A stretch of DNA of 55,182 nt, from NCBI GenBank assembly GCA_964446385.1, contig CAYUOH010000013.1, forward strand, positions 1 to 55,182, read 5' to 3'. Numbering within the stretch: position 1 is the stretch's first letter; the number at the start of each line of letters is the position of its first letter. A program made the translations under genes and the position numbers. Of this stretch, positions 47,598-55,182 are shown one piece after another. The DNA comes from an uncultured Oscillospiraceae bacterium (lineage in GTDB: Bacteria; Bacillota; Clostridia; Oscillospirales; Ruminococcaceae). The notes under the pieces were generated by a model that saw nothing but the letters and a program-made list of their open reading frames with translations, did not search any database and had not been told where the DNA came from.

Positions 47598-48431
47598 ATG
47601 ATTGAAATTCTGTGCCCGATCTGTAAGGATCCTCTGATCAAAAACGAAGGCGCAATGAAATGTGAAAACGGTCACAGCTACGACATTTCACGTAAAGGAT
47701 ATGTTAATCTCCTGCCGTCGTCGGGTACCGGGCATCATGGTGATGACAGATTGATGGTAAAGGCGCGCACACATTTTCTTGATGGGGGATACTATGACAG
47801 GTTGTCCGCTGAAATATGCGGTATGGTACTCAGATTTCTTCCCCGCGGCGGGTCTCTTATCGATGCAGGCTGCGGAGAGGGTAAGTATACCGGTGACATT
47901 TTTAACACCCTGGCTGAGAATAATCTCGGGGCAGATCTAGTCGGTCTGGATATTTCAAAGGAAGCTATTAATGCCCTTGTGGCCCGGAACCGTGAGATAC
48001 GGGCATTTGTGGTGTCGACCTCCTCAATTCCAGTCGACGAAAACAGCGTTGACGTTCTTTTGAATGTATTTTCTCCTTTTTTCCCTGAAGAATTCTCACG
48101 TGTTCTGAAACCGGACGGAGTGCTGATACGGGTTGTACCCGATGTAAATCATCTCTGGGAACTGAAGAAGCTGGTATATGACACACCTTATAAAAATCCT
48201 ACTGCAGAGGCACAACTGGAGGGTTTTACCCTGATAGAATGTCGGGAACTTAAATACAAAATTAACATTACGGATAACGAGATTATAAACGATTTGTTTT
48301 TGATGACACCTTATTTTTACAAAACCGGTAAAATGGATCAGGAAAAACTGAAGAATGTCGATAATCTATCTGTTTCGCTTGAATTTGTGCTTTGTGTCTA
48401 CCTTCCCGGAGCAGACAGGGGTGATATATGA
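47598..48431 (+). CDS. rlmA: 23S rRNA (guanine-N1)-methyltransferase RlmA-like (Zn-ribbon plus SAM methyltransferase)
   Basis: CPICKDPL...C.NGH zinc ribbon, then the IDAGCGEG motif I. Confidence 0.75.
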   Translation: MIEILCPICKDPLIKNEGAMKCENGHSYDISRKGYVNLLPSSGTGHHGDDRLMVKARTHFLDGGYYDRLSAEICGMVLRFLPRGGSLIDAGCGEGKYTGDIFNTLAENNLGADLVGLDISKEAINALVARNREIRAFVVSTSSIPVDENSVDVLLNVFSPFFPEEFSRVLKPDGVLIRVVPDVNHLWELKKLVYDTPYKNPTAEAQLEGFTLIECRELKYKINITDNEIINDLFLMTPYFYKTGKMDQEKLKNVDNLSVSLEFVLCVYLPGADRGDI

Positions 48432-49072
48432 TGTACGAAGAAATTATAAACAAATGTCCTTTGTTCAGCGGGCTTTCGGGAGACAGCCTGCAGACAGCAC
48501 TCCGGTTTTTCAATGCTGTGGAAAAGAAATATCCTGCCGGACAGATTCTCAACCGTCCCGGTGAACCACTCAGTAATTTCGGGCTTGTTCTTTCCGGAAA
48601 CGTGCAGGTTTGTATGGACGATATCAACGGAACCAGGATAATTATGGCCGGTGTTGCGCCTGGCGAAACATTCGGAGAGTCACTGTGCTTGCTGAAACGC
48701 GAAGCAGACATCATAATAATCTGTGTCACCGAAACCGTTCTGCTGGTGATGAATACAGATTCTCTGTACAATAATTCCGGCAGCCCCGACGGTGCCGAAT
48801 TATCCAGACGCTTCTGTGCCATGTTGGCATCGCGTACTCTGAAGATGAATGACAGGATACAGTTATTGTCTCAGAACGGAATACGGGACAAGATAATCAC
48901 GCTACTTTCACAGTATGCTGTTCACGGCAGCGATGAGGTTTTTCTTCCTTTCAATAGGGAAACACTCGCTGTGTACCTTGGAGTGAACCGAAGTGCTCTT
49001 TCACGTGAACTTGGTAAAATGAGAGACGCAGGGATTATAGAATTTTGTAAAAACAGGTTCAAAATATTATAA
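48428..49072 (+). CDS. Crp/Fnr family transcriptional regulator
   Basis: cNMP-binding-like beta-roll (GETFGE) and C-terminal HTH (RETLAVYLGVNRSALSRELGKM). Confidence 0.85.
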   Translation: MMYEEIINKCPLFSGLSGDSLQTALRFFNAVEKKYPAGQILNRPGEPLSNFGLVLSGNVQVCMDDINGTRIIMAGVAPGETFGESLCLLKREADIIIICVTETVLLVMNTDSLYNNSGSPDGAELSRRFCAMLASRTLKMNDRIQLLSQNGIRDKIITLLSQYAVHGSDEVFLPFNRETLAVYLGVNRSALSRELGKMRDAGIIEFCKNRFKIL

Positions 49073-49144
49073 AAACGTTGCATATGCAACATAATAATGA
49101 TATATTTCTGTTATAATTACTTCAAAGAAATGGAGTGATTATTA

Positions 49145-50185
49145 ATGATAAAAAAACTATTTGCCATATTTCTTATGCTGACTGTGATTCTGAGCCTTTT
49201 CGCAGGATGCAAGAAGGAAGCTGTTCCTGCACAGCCCGAACCGGCCACCGATTCCGATAATTCTGCCTCAGCGCAGCCTGAGCAGGAGACCGAACCCGTC
49301 ACTATACATTTGGCCGGTCTCAAGGGACCGACGTCCATAGGTCTTGTAAAGCTGATGGAGGACAATGAAACCGGTACTACAGAAAATAATTATGAGTTTA
49401 CCGTTGCAGGAAGCGCAGATGAGATTACACCATCCCTGATTCAGGGAAAGCTTGATATGGCGGCACTGCCCGTGAATCTGGCATCGGTTCTATATAATAA
49501 AACCGAGGGTGATATTCAGATTCTTGCAGTGAATACCCTCGGAGTATTGTATATTGTAGGAAAAGGAACCGAAATCAACGGATTCGCAGACCTTGCCGGA
49601 AAAACGATTTACGCTACCGGTCAGGGAAGTACACCTGAATACAATCTGAGATATCTTCTTTCTCAGAACGGTCTGGATCCGGATAAGGACGTTACTATAG
49701 AGTTCAAATCCGAACCGGCAGAAATAGTGAATATTTTGTCATCCTCCGAAGAGGGTATTGCTATGCTGCCCCAGCCGTACGTTATCGCGGCATCCGCACA
49801 GGTTGAAGGGCTTGAAGTCAAATTAAGTCTGTCGGATGAATGGGACAGCCTCGAAAACGGCAGCATGATGGTTACCGGAGTTCTGGCGGTCCGCAGACAG
49901 TTTGTCGAAGAAAACCCAGACGTTGTAGAAAAGTTTCTGAAGGATTACGCAGCGTCTGTTGATTACGTAAACAGCAATGTTGACGACGCGGCGGAGCTTG
50001 TCGAAAAATATGACCTGTTCAAGGCTGCCGTTGCAAAGAAGGCAATTCTTCTGTGCAACGTTGTATATATAGCCGGAAAGGACATGACAGAACCTGTGGA
50101 AAAATATCTTCAGGTCCTGTTTGAAGAAAATCCCCAGGCAGTAGGCGGAAAGCTGCCGGACAGTGATTTTTACTATGAAGGTTAA
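49145..50185 (+). CDS. ABC transporter substrate-binding lipoprotein, NMT1/SsuA/TauA-like
   Basis: Lipobox LFAGC; periplasmic-binding fold of the aliphatic sulfonate / nitrate family. Confidence 0.75.
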   Translation: MIKKLFAIFLMLTVILSLFAGCKKEAVPAQPEPATDSDNSASAQPEQETEPVTIHLAGLKGPTSIGLVKLMEDNETGTTENNYEFTVAGSADEITPSLIQGKLDMAALPVNLASVLYNKTEGDIQILAVNTLGVLYIVGKGTEINGFADLAGKTIYATGQGSTPEYNLRYLLSQNGLDPDKDVTIEFKSEPAEIVNILSSSEEGIAMLPQPYVIAASAQVEGLEVKLSLSDEWDSLENGSMMVTGVLAVRRQFVEENPDVVEKFLKDYAASVDYVNSNVDDAAELVEKYDLFKAAVAKKAILLCNVVYIAGKDMTEPVEKYLQVLFEENPQAVGGKLPDSDFYYEG

Positions 50186-50927
50186 TGATATAGCAAAAAA
50201 AGTTATATTCACATCGCTGCTGCTTGCCGTATGGCAGGCGGCAGCGATGTTGGTTGATAAAAGCTTTCTGCTGGCCTCCCCGGTGCAGGTCGTAATACGC
50301 CTGTATGCACTTGTTGCGGAGCCCGGCTTTTTTTCATCAGTCTGGTCCAGTTTCTCCAAAATAGCTTTGGGATTTCTATTGGGCCTTGCCGCGGGTGTGC
50401 TTGGCGCCGTGCTGTCGGGACGATTCAGCTGGGTCAGGATGACGCTTAATCCTCTTTTTTCAGTTGTAAAATCTGTGCCGGTGGCGTCGTTTATCATTAT
50501 TGCTCTTGTATGGCTGTCTTCCGGCAGTTTGCCTTCCTTTATCTCATTTCTGATGGTTGTCCCGGTCGTTTATACGAATATCCTAGGAGGAATTGAGACT
50601 CTGGACCCGAAAATGAAGGAAATGGGATACCTGTTCAATGTAAGTCCTTTGAAAAAGCTAATATTTATCGATCTGCCTCAGCTTAAACCGCATATTACAT
50701 CTGCATGCAGGCTATCCATTGGTCTGGCCTGGAAATCCGGCATTGCGGCAGAGGTTATCGGACTTCCCTCAGGCTCAATCGGACGTATGCTGTACAACGC
50801 CAAGGTGTATTTTGAAACTGCAGATCTGTTTGCATGGACGCTTGTTATTGTTCTGGTCAGCGTAGTCTGTGAAAAGCTTTTTATTATGCTGATCGATCAT
50901 TTGTACAGGAGGCTTGAAAAACTGTGA
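50163..50927 (+). CDS. ABC transporter permease (SsuC/TauC-like)
   Basis: 6-TM permease with an EAA-like loop; the start may be the ATG at 50175 overlapping the SBP stop. Confidence 0.8.
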   Translation: MIFTMKVNDIAKKVIFTSLLLAVWQAAAMLVDKSFLLASPVQVVIRLYALVAEPGFFSSVWSSFSKIALGFLLGLAAGVLGAVLSGRFSWVRMTLNPLFSVVKSVPVASFIIIALVWLSSGSLPSFISFLMVVPVVYTNILGGIETLDPKMKEMGYLFNVSPLKKLIFIDLPQLKPHITSACRLSIGLAWKSGIAAEVIGLPSGSIGRMLYNAKVYFETADLFAWTLVIVLVSVVCEKLFIMLIDHLYRRLEKL

Positions 50928-51514
50928 ATGATATCATAATAAGCAACATCTGCAAATCTTTCGGTGAAAAGACTGTATTGAACAACCTTACTGTCAGCTT
51001 TCCGCAGGGGCAAAATACCTGTATTATGGGCCCATCCGGATGCGGAAAAACGACACTACTTAATATAATGGCAGGACTGCTTCAAAAGGACAGCGGAGAA
51101 ATAAAAAATATGCCCTGTGAGATTTCATTTGTCTTTCAAGAGGACAGACTCTGTGAGGAATTCAGCGCTGTTTCCAACGTAAAGCTTGCAGCAGACAAAT
51201 GTTATGACAGACAGAAGATTGAGTTTCTTCTTGAAAGTCTGGGAATAAACGATCTCAGCACCCCGGTGTCGGAATATTCCGGCGGAATGAAGCGACGGGT
51301 TGCAATTGCCCGTGCACTTTGCGCACCGTTCAGACTGCTGATGATGGATGAACCGTTCAACGGGCTTGACGGGAATACCAGATCAGAAACAGCACAGATT
51401 ATTAAGGAATATACCAGTGGTAAAACGGTGATATTCGTTTCACACGACCCTGATAACGCGAACTTTCTTGACGCGAAAATAATTGAATTTTCACAAATAA
51501 ACGGACAAAAATAA
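50924..51514 (+). CDS. ABC transporter ATP-binding protein (SsuB/TauB-like, single NBD)
   Basis: Walker A GPSGCGKTT, signature YSGGMKRR, Walker B LLMMDEP; GTG start overlapping the permease stop. Confidence 0.8.
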   Translation: MNDIIISNICKSFGEKTVLNNLTVSFPQGQNTCIMGPSGCGKTTLLNIMAGLLQKDSGEIKNMPCEISFVFQEDRLCEEFSAVSNVKLAADKCYDRQKIEFLLESLGINDLSTPVSEYSGGMKRRVAIARALCAPFRLLMMDEPFNGLDGNTRSETAQIIKEYTSGKTVIFVSHDPDNANFLDAKIIEFSQINGQK

Positions 51515-51590
51515 AACCCGGTTCATCCGGGTTTTTCTTTTGTCATACCTTATGCTACAATCAAAATAAGAAAAGAAGGAGGCTGCAGAT

Positions 51591-52835
51591 ATGGATAGAC
51601 ATAAAAAGGTAGGTCTTGTTCTTACCGGAGGCGGTGCACGCGGTGCCTATCATATAGGTGTGTGGAAAGCTCTTCGCGAGCTTGACGTTCATTTCGATAT
51701 AGTCACCGGGACATCGGTAGGCGCACTTGCGGGCGGCGTAATATGCGGGGGAAACTACGAACTGGCTGAGCAGCTCTTTTCAAATATCAAAAACAGTGAC
51801 ATTATGGATCTTCCCGACAACATTGACGAGCTTGGCGGATTTGTCAAATTTGTTTCAAAATACGGAGGCGTTGATACCACGCCGCTTAAGAGTATGCTTG
51901 AAAGCATAATAAACGAGGATGATATCCGTGCCAGCAATCTTGGTTTGGGGATGGTTATTGTAAGCCGGGACGGCCTTTATCCCGCTGAGGTGACACTTGA
52001 TACAATCCCTAAAGGCGAGCTCATCACATATATGTTGGCTTCAGCATCGATTTTTCCTTTTTTCATGTCCCAGAAAATAGATGGCAAAATGTATGTAGAC
52101 GGCGGAGTGTTCGACAATCTTCCCATTGGACTTTGTGAGGATATGGGCGCCGAAGAAATTATTGCCGTTGATCTGGGGTCTGTGGGTATCGATAAGCCGT
52201 ACAGAGGAGGGCTTCCGGTGAGGACAATTTATCCGAGCTGGCCTCTCGGAAGTATAGTGCAGTTTAACTCTTTAACTGCAAGACGGAATATCAAACTGGG
52301 CTATTACGATACCATGAAGGCTTACAGAAAATTAGACGGAATCAAATATACTTTCGGAAAGGGCGAAATAGAAAGTGAAGCGGAAGGATGGGATGAATCC
52401 GTAATAAAGGACTGTATTTCTTCTCTGCCTGGAATTGCACGCAAGGCGGTGTTCACACTTTTATCGTTGGAATATGATGCGCACCGAAATAAACGCAGAA
52501 TGCTGCTGGCCGGTCTGGAAAACGCAGCAAGGGTATTTAATGTTGATCCTACCGAAGAATATACTCCGAAAAGACTGAAGAGTATTGTTCTGGAACTTTA
52601 CAGCAGCGCCGCTCCTTTAAATATACAAATTAAAAAGGAGAAAGTATCCGCTGATATCAGCGGCAGCGCCGCAGCAGTAACAATGTGCGGCATGCTTCGG
52701 GAAAACAGAAAGAAAAGAGAAATAGCTGTTATGGCTGCCGCTATGCCACGTGAATTTGCCGCCGCCGCTTACATTTATTCAATGCTCGGACCGTATCCCG
52801 CTCTTGAAGCCGGAAATGAACTGGCCAAAATATAG
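51591..52835 (+). CDS. patatin-like phospholipase family protein
   Basis: GGGARGAYHIG oxyanion motif, GTSVG nucleophile elbow, DGG catalytic Asp. Confidence 0.85.
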   Translation: MDRHKKVGLVLTGGGARGAYHIGVWKALRELDVHFDIVTGTSVGALAGGVICGGNYELAEQLFSNIKNSDIMDLPDNIDELGGFVKFVSKYGGVDTTPLKSMLESIINEDDIRASNLGLGMVIVSRDGLYPAEVTLDTIPKGELITYMLASASIFPFFMSQKIDGKMYVDGGVFDNLPIGLCEDMGAEEIIAVDLGSVGIDKPYRGGLPVRTIYPSWPLGSIVQFNSLTARRNIKLGYYDTMKAYRKLDGIKYTFGKGEIESEAEGWDESVIKDCISSLPGIARKAVFTLLSLEYDAHRNKRRMLLAGLENAARVFNVDPTEEYTPKRLKSIVLELYSSAAPLNIQIKKEKVSADISGSAAAVTMCGMLRENRKKREIAVMAAAMPREFAAAAYIYSMLGPYPALEAGNELAKI

Positions 52836-52849
52836 AACGATAATAAGCA

Positions 52850-52884
52850 GAATGGCCAGCGGTAATATTTACCGCCGGCCATTC
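52850..52884. terminator. 13-bp (one mismatch) hairpin between the convergent patatin and MBL/rbr-remnant transcripts
   Basis: GAATGGCCAGCGG, a 9-nt loop, CCGCCGGCCATTC. Confidence 0.45.
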
Positions 52885-52897
52885 TACGTAGTTATGA

Positions 52898-52963
52898 TTA
52901 TTTAAAATATCTTTCGAGTAAGCCTTTGAGGGCTTTGCCGTGACGAGCCTCATCACGGGCCAT
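52898..52963 (-). pseudogene. 21-codon remnant (or mini-ORF) identical at protein level to the rubrerythrin C-terminus: [21 protein letters not shown]
   Basis: Translation of the minus strand gives [20 protein letters not shown], matching the last 20 aa of the rbr gene at 53829 with about 14 synonymous nucleotide differences; a GAGG motif sits 4 nt upstream of its ATG; it starts 12 nt after the MBL stop, in a different frame. Confidence 0.5.
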
Positions 52964-52974
52964 CTTGCCTCGGC

Positions 52975-53700
52975 TTATACAACATAGGTAAAATCATCCA
53001 TTGCCCGGACGGCCGGCAGACCTCTGGCGTTCAGCTCTGCACACAGCGTCAGAACACTGGGCAGAAACTCGTCGGAATAATGGGTCACGCAGACATTGCG
53101 AATGTTGCACTGCTCAAAAACCGGCAGATAACTGGTAGCCTCAAAGTGGGCCGCTTCGCACACAATCAGATCAAGCGGCAATTCCATGGCAGGCGCAGGA
53201 AAGTCAACGCTCGGGTGCTTGAGATCTCCGGTGAAGAGTACCGTTTTCCCCTCCGCTTCCACGATATAGGAAAAGGACTTGTGACAATGCATCGTTGCGA
53301 CAGCGGTCACTCTGAGTACACCATCGTCAAACACCGTGCCGGGTTGGGTTTCACGGTAGTGGATTTCCTTCTTTGCAACATTCAGGGTGACTGCCAGCCA
53401 GTCCCGGATGACCTGGCCGGCTTCCGGTATGGGAAGGCAAATGACCGGATCCGGTGTTCTGAAGTACCATGTGATCAGGTCCACGAATTGAATCAGACCG
53501 TTGGTATGGTCACCGTGCATATGGGTGATAAAGACGCCCTTCACCGCATCAACCGAGATATTTCGGGTACGCAGCGCATCGATGGCAGAGGTCCCCATAT
53601 CGATAAAATAGACGTTCCCGCCGGTCTCAAGCATGATGCATGAGCATTTGCGGTGAGGTTCCGGTACGCTATGGCTGCTGCCGATAAATGTGAGTTTCAT
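52975..53700 (-). CDS. MBL-fold metallo-hydrolase
   Basis: HMHGDHTNGL (HxHxDH) and downstream His/Asp ligands. Confidence 0.8.
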   Translation of the reverse strand: MKLTFIGSSHSVPEPHRKCSCIMLETGGNVYFIDMGTSAIDALRTRNISVDAVKGVFITHMHGDHTNGLIQFVDLITWYFRTPDPVICLPIPEAGQVIRDWLAVTLNVAKKEIHYRETQPGTVFDDGVLRVTAVATMHCHKSFSYIVEAEGKTVLFTGDLKHPSVDFPAPAMELPLDLIVCEAAHFEATSYLPVFEQCNIRNVCVTHYSDEFLPSVLTLCAELNARGLPAVRAMDDFTYVV

Positions 53701-53780
53701 ATTGCACCGCTCTTTTCTGTTTGTTCTGATAAATTTAGTTTAGGTTCTGCGGGGACGGATGTCAAGAAATCCGTGGACAG

Positions 53781-53814
53781 AAAAAGGTCAGCCCCTTGCG
53801 GGACTGACCTTTTG
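53781..53814. terminator. bidirectional Rho-independent terminator downstream of rbr
   Basis: AAAAA-GGTCAGCCCC-ttgc-GGGACTGACC-TTTT (9 of 10 bp stem). Confidence 0.6.
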
Positions 53815-53828
53815 AAATCACAGAACAA

Positions 53829-54413
53829 TTAGCCGAAGTAACGCTCCAGCAGACCCTTCAGAGCCTTGCCGTGACGGGCCTCGTCGCGGGCCATCTCATG
53901 AACCGTATCATGTATGGCGTCAAGGCCGTTCTTCTTGGCACAGGATGCCAGCTCGAATTTGCCGGCAGTTGCGCCGAATTCACAGTCAACGCGCCATGCA
54001 AGATTCTTCGCGGTGCTATCGGTCATATTGGGCTCAAGGTCTTTGCCCAGAAGCTCGGCAAACTTGGCAGCATGCTCAGCCTCTTCATAGGCGGCTTTTT
54101 CCCAGTAAAGGCCGATTTCGGGATATCCTTGGCGGTGAGCAATACGTGCCATGCAGAGATACATTCCTACTTCGCTGCACTCACCCTGGAAGTTAGCTTT
54201 CAGTTGTTCAAGGATATACTTCTTATCCTCTTCGCTGACATTAACGTTATCCTTGACGGTTTTGGCAAATACGCCGTATTCATGCTCTGCGGCAAGCTTT
54301 TGTTCACCCTTTACCTCCTCGAACATGGAAGAGGGTGCTCCACACTGGGGGCATTTCTCGGGGGGTTCGGGTCCTTCATAAATGTAACCGCAAACTTTGC
54401 ATACATACTTCAT
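53829..54413 (-). CDS. rbr: reverse rubrerythrin (N-terminal rubredoxin-like domain plus ferritin-like di-iron domain)
   Basis: [14 protein letters not shown]...CPQCGA is a rubredoxin CxxC pair, followed by E..EH di-iron motifs ([19 protein letters not shown]); AGAGG SD before the ATG at 54413 (the ORF-track start at 54506 adds an unlikely 31 aa). Confidence 0.85.
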   Translation of the reverse strand: MKYVCKVCGYIYEGPEPPEKCPQCGAPSSMFEEVKGEQKLAAEHEYGVFAKTVKDNVNVSEEDKKYILEQLKANFQGECSEVGMYLCMARIAHRQGYPEIGLYWEKAAYEEAEHAAKFAELLGKDLEPNMTDSTAKNLAWRVDCEFGATAGKFELASCAKKNGLDAIHDTVHEMARDEARHGKALKGLLERYFG

Positions 54414-54487
54414 TTCGGCTAACCTCTTTTCAAAAAATATGAATTTAAAAAAGGATATAATATTATATAAGCTAATCTTTTTTTGAA

Positions 54488-55182
54488 TTACGCTTTTCCG
54501 GCGCATCCAAGTACATCAACAAGCTTGTGACGTACAAGTTCCTTGATGTTGCTGCGGGCAGGTTTCAGGTATTCACGGGGATCAAACTTGTCAGGATTCT
54601 CAGCCATGAACTTGCGGATGGTGCCGGTCATTGCAAGACGCAGGTCGCTGTCGATATTGATCTTGCAGACGGAAAGTTCTGCGGCGTGACGAAGCTCATA
54701 CTCAGGGATGCCGATGGCGTCCGGCATTTTTCCGCCGAATTGATTGACCATTTTTACATATTCCTGGGGGACGGAGGAAGAGCCGTGCAGAACAATGGGG
54801 AATCCGGGCAGAAGGCGGGATACTTCTTCAAGAATGTCGAAACGGAGGGAAGGGGGAACAAGTATGCCCTTCTCATTACGTGTGCACTGATCCGGGGTGA
54901 ACTTGTATGCGCCGTGGCTTGTGCCGATGGCGATCGCAAGACTGTCACATCCGGTCTTGGAAACGAATTCCTCAACCTCTTCGGGACGTGTGTAGCTGGA
55001 AGCCTCGGCGGAAACCTTTACGTCGTCCTCAACGCCGGCAAGGGAACCGAGCTCTGCCTCGACAACAGCGCCGTGATCATGAGCGTACTCGACAACACGC
55101 TTGGTTTCGATGATGTTTTTCTCGAAAGGAAGAGAGGAGGCATCGATCATAACGGAGGTGAATCCGCCGTCGATGCAGCTCT
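54488..55182 (-). CDS. fba: class II fructose-/tagatose-bisphosphate aldolase (3' part; N-terminus lies beyond the window end)
   Basis: [22 protein letters not shown] and VLHGSSS motifs of class II aldolases; the frame stays open to the window edge. Confidence 0.85.
   Translation of the reverse strand, partial: SCIDGGFTSVMIDASSLPFEKNIIETKRVVEYAHDHGAVVEAELGSLAGVEDDVKVSAEASSYTRPEEVEEFVSKTGCDSLAIAIGTSHGAYKFTPDQCTRNEKGILVPPSLRFDILEEVSRLLPGFPIVLHGSSSVPQEYVKMVNQFGGKMPDAIGIPEYELRHAAELSVCKINIDSDLRLAMTGTIRKFMAENPDKFDPREYLKPARSNIKELVRHKLVDVLGCAGKA

Noticed and set aside
52898-52963. Reading the rbr-like 21 codons as an in-frame C-terminal extension of the MBL gene
   Set aside because: The fragment is in a different frame from the MBL ORF and follows its TAA stop, so it is not a fusion without a frameshift. 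The upstream MBL codons show no similarity to rubrerythrin.
1-55182. CRISPR arrays, tRNA/rRNA genes, IS elements, integrases
   Set aside because: I saw no regularly spaced direct repeats, no tRNA-like T-arm or cloverleaf candidates in intergenic regions, and no transposase, integrase or recombinase-like ORFs anywhere in the window.

Overview
This 55-kb window looks like a chromosomal segment from a low-to-moderate-GC anaerobic Firmicute, probably a Clostridia-type organism. The gene content points that way: butyrate kinase, a reverse rubrerythrin, a Na+-decarboxylase beta subunit next to a membrane pyrophosphatase, a class II aldolase, a cold-shock protein, and PiT/DUF47, NCS2 and BMP-type nucleoside ABC transporters. 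Coding density is high on both strands. I see no rRNA, tRNA, CRISPR array or recognisable transposase or integrase.

Most of the window is housekeeping, transport and stress genes: flotillin, RidA, Xpt with a nucleoside ABC system, the RlmI and RlmA rRNA methyltransferases, Buk, and an oxidative-stress and metal cluster (NnrD, VOC, ZupT, DtxR-like regulator, rubrerythrin).

The stand-out region is 12.7-19.3 kb. It holds two tandem membrane-anchored proteins with an N-terminal TIR domain, one transmembrane helix and a C-terminal leucine-rich-repeat ectodomain, which is an inverted Toll-like-receptor layout. Transcribed divergently from these is a two-gene operon encoding an HD-phosphohydrolase/RyR-domain protein and a SLOG-like Rossmann domain fused to a multi-transmembrane region. 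I read this as a candidate, apparently undescribed, Thoeris-like nucleotide-signalling defence or conflict system with surface sensors.

Other points worth a second look:
- An XRE helix-turn-helix regulator is fused to a complete desulfoferrodoxin (superoxide reductase).
- A 21-codon remnant of a second reverse-rubrerythrin gene sits just downstream of an MBL-fold hydrolase gene, conserved at protein level but diverged at synonymous sites.
- An unlisted 44-aa OadG-like gene follows an orphan oadB that sits next to hppA.
- A KamA radical-SAM aminomutase is paired with a Ddl-like ATP-grasp ligase.
- A strongly AT-rich envelope-modification operon (MBOAT, DHHW, DUF368, PAP2) stands out in composition.
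- A consensus sigma-A promoter with a long leader, a small Ile/Val/Leu-rich ORF and an intrinsic terminator lies upstream of ridA.
- A duplicated DtxR-type palindrome lies between zupT and the dtxR-like regulator.
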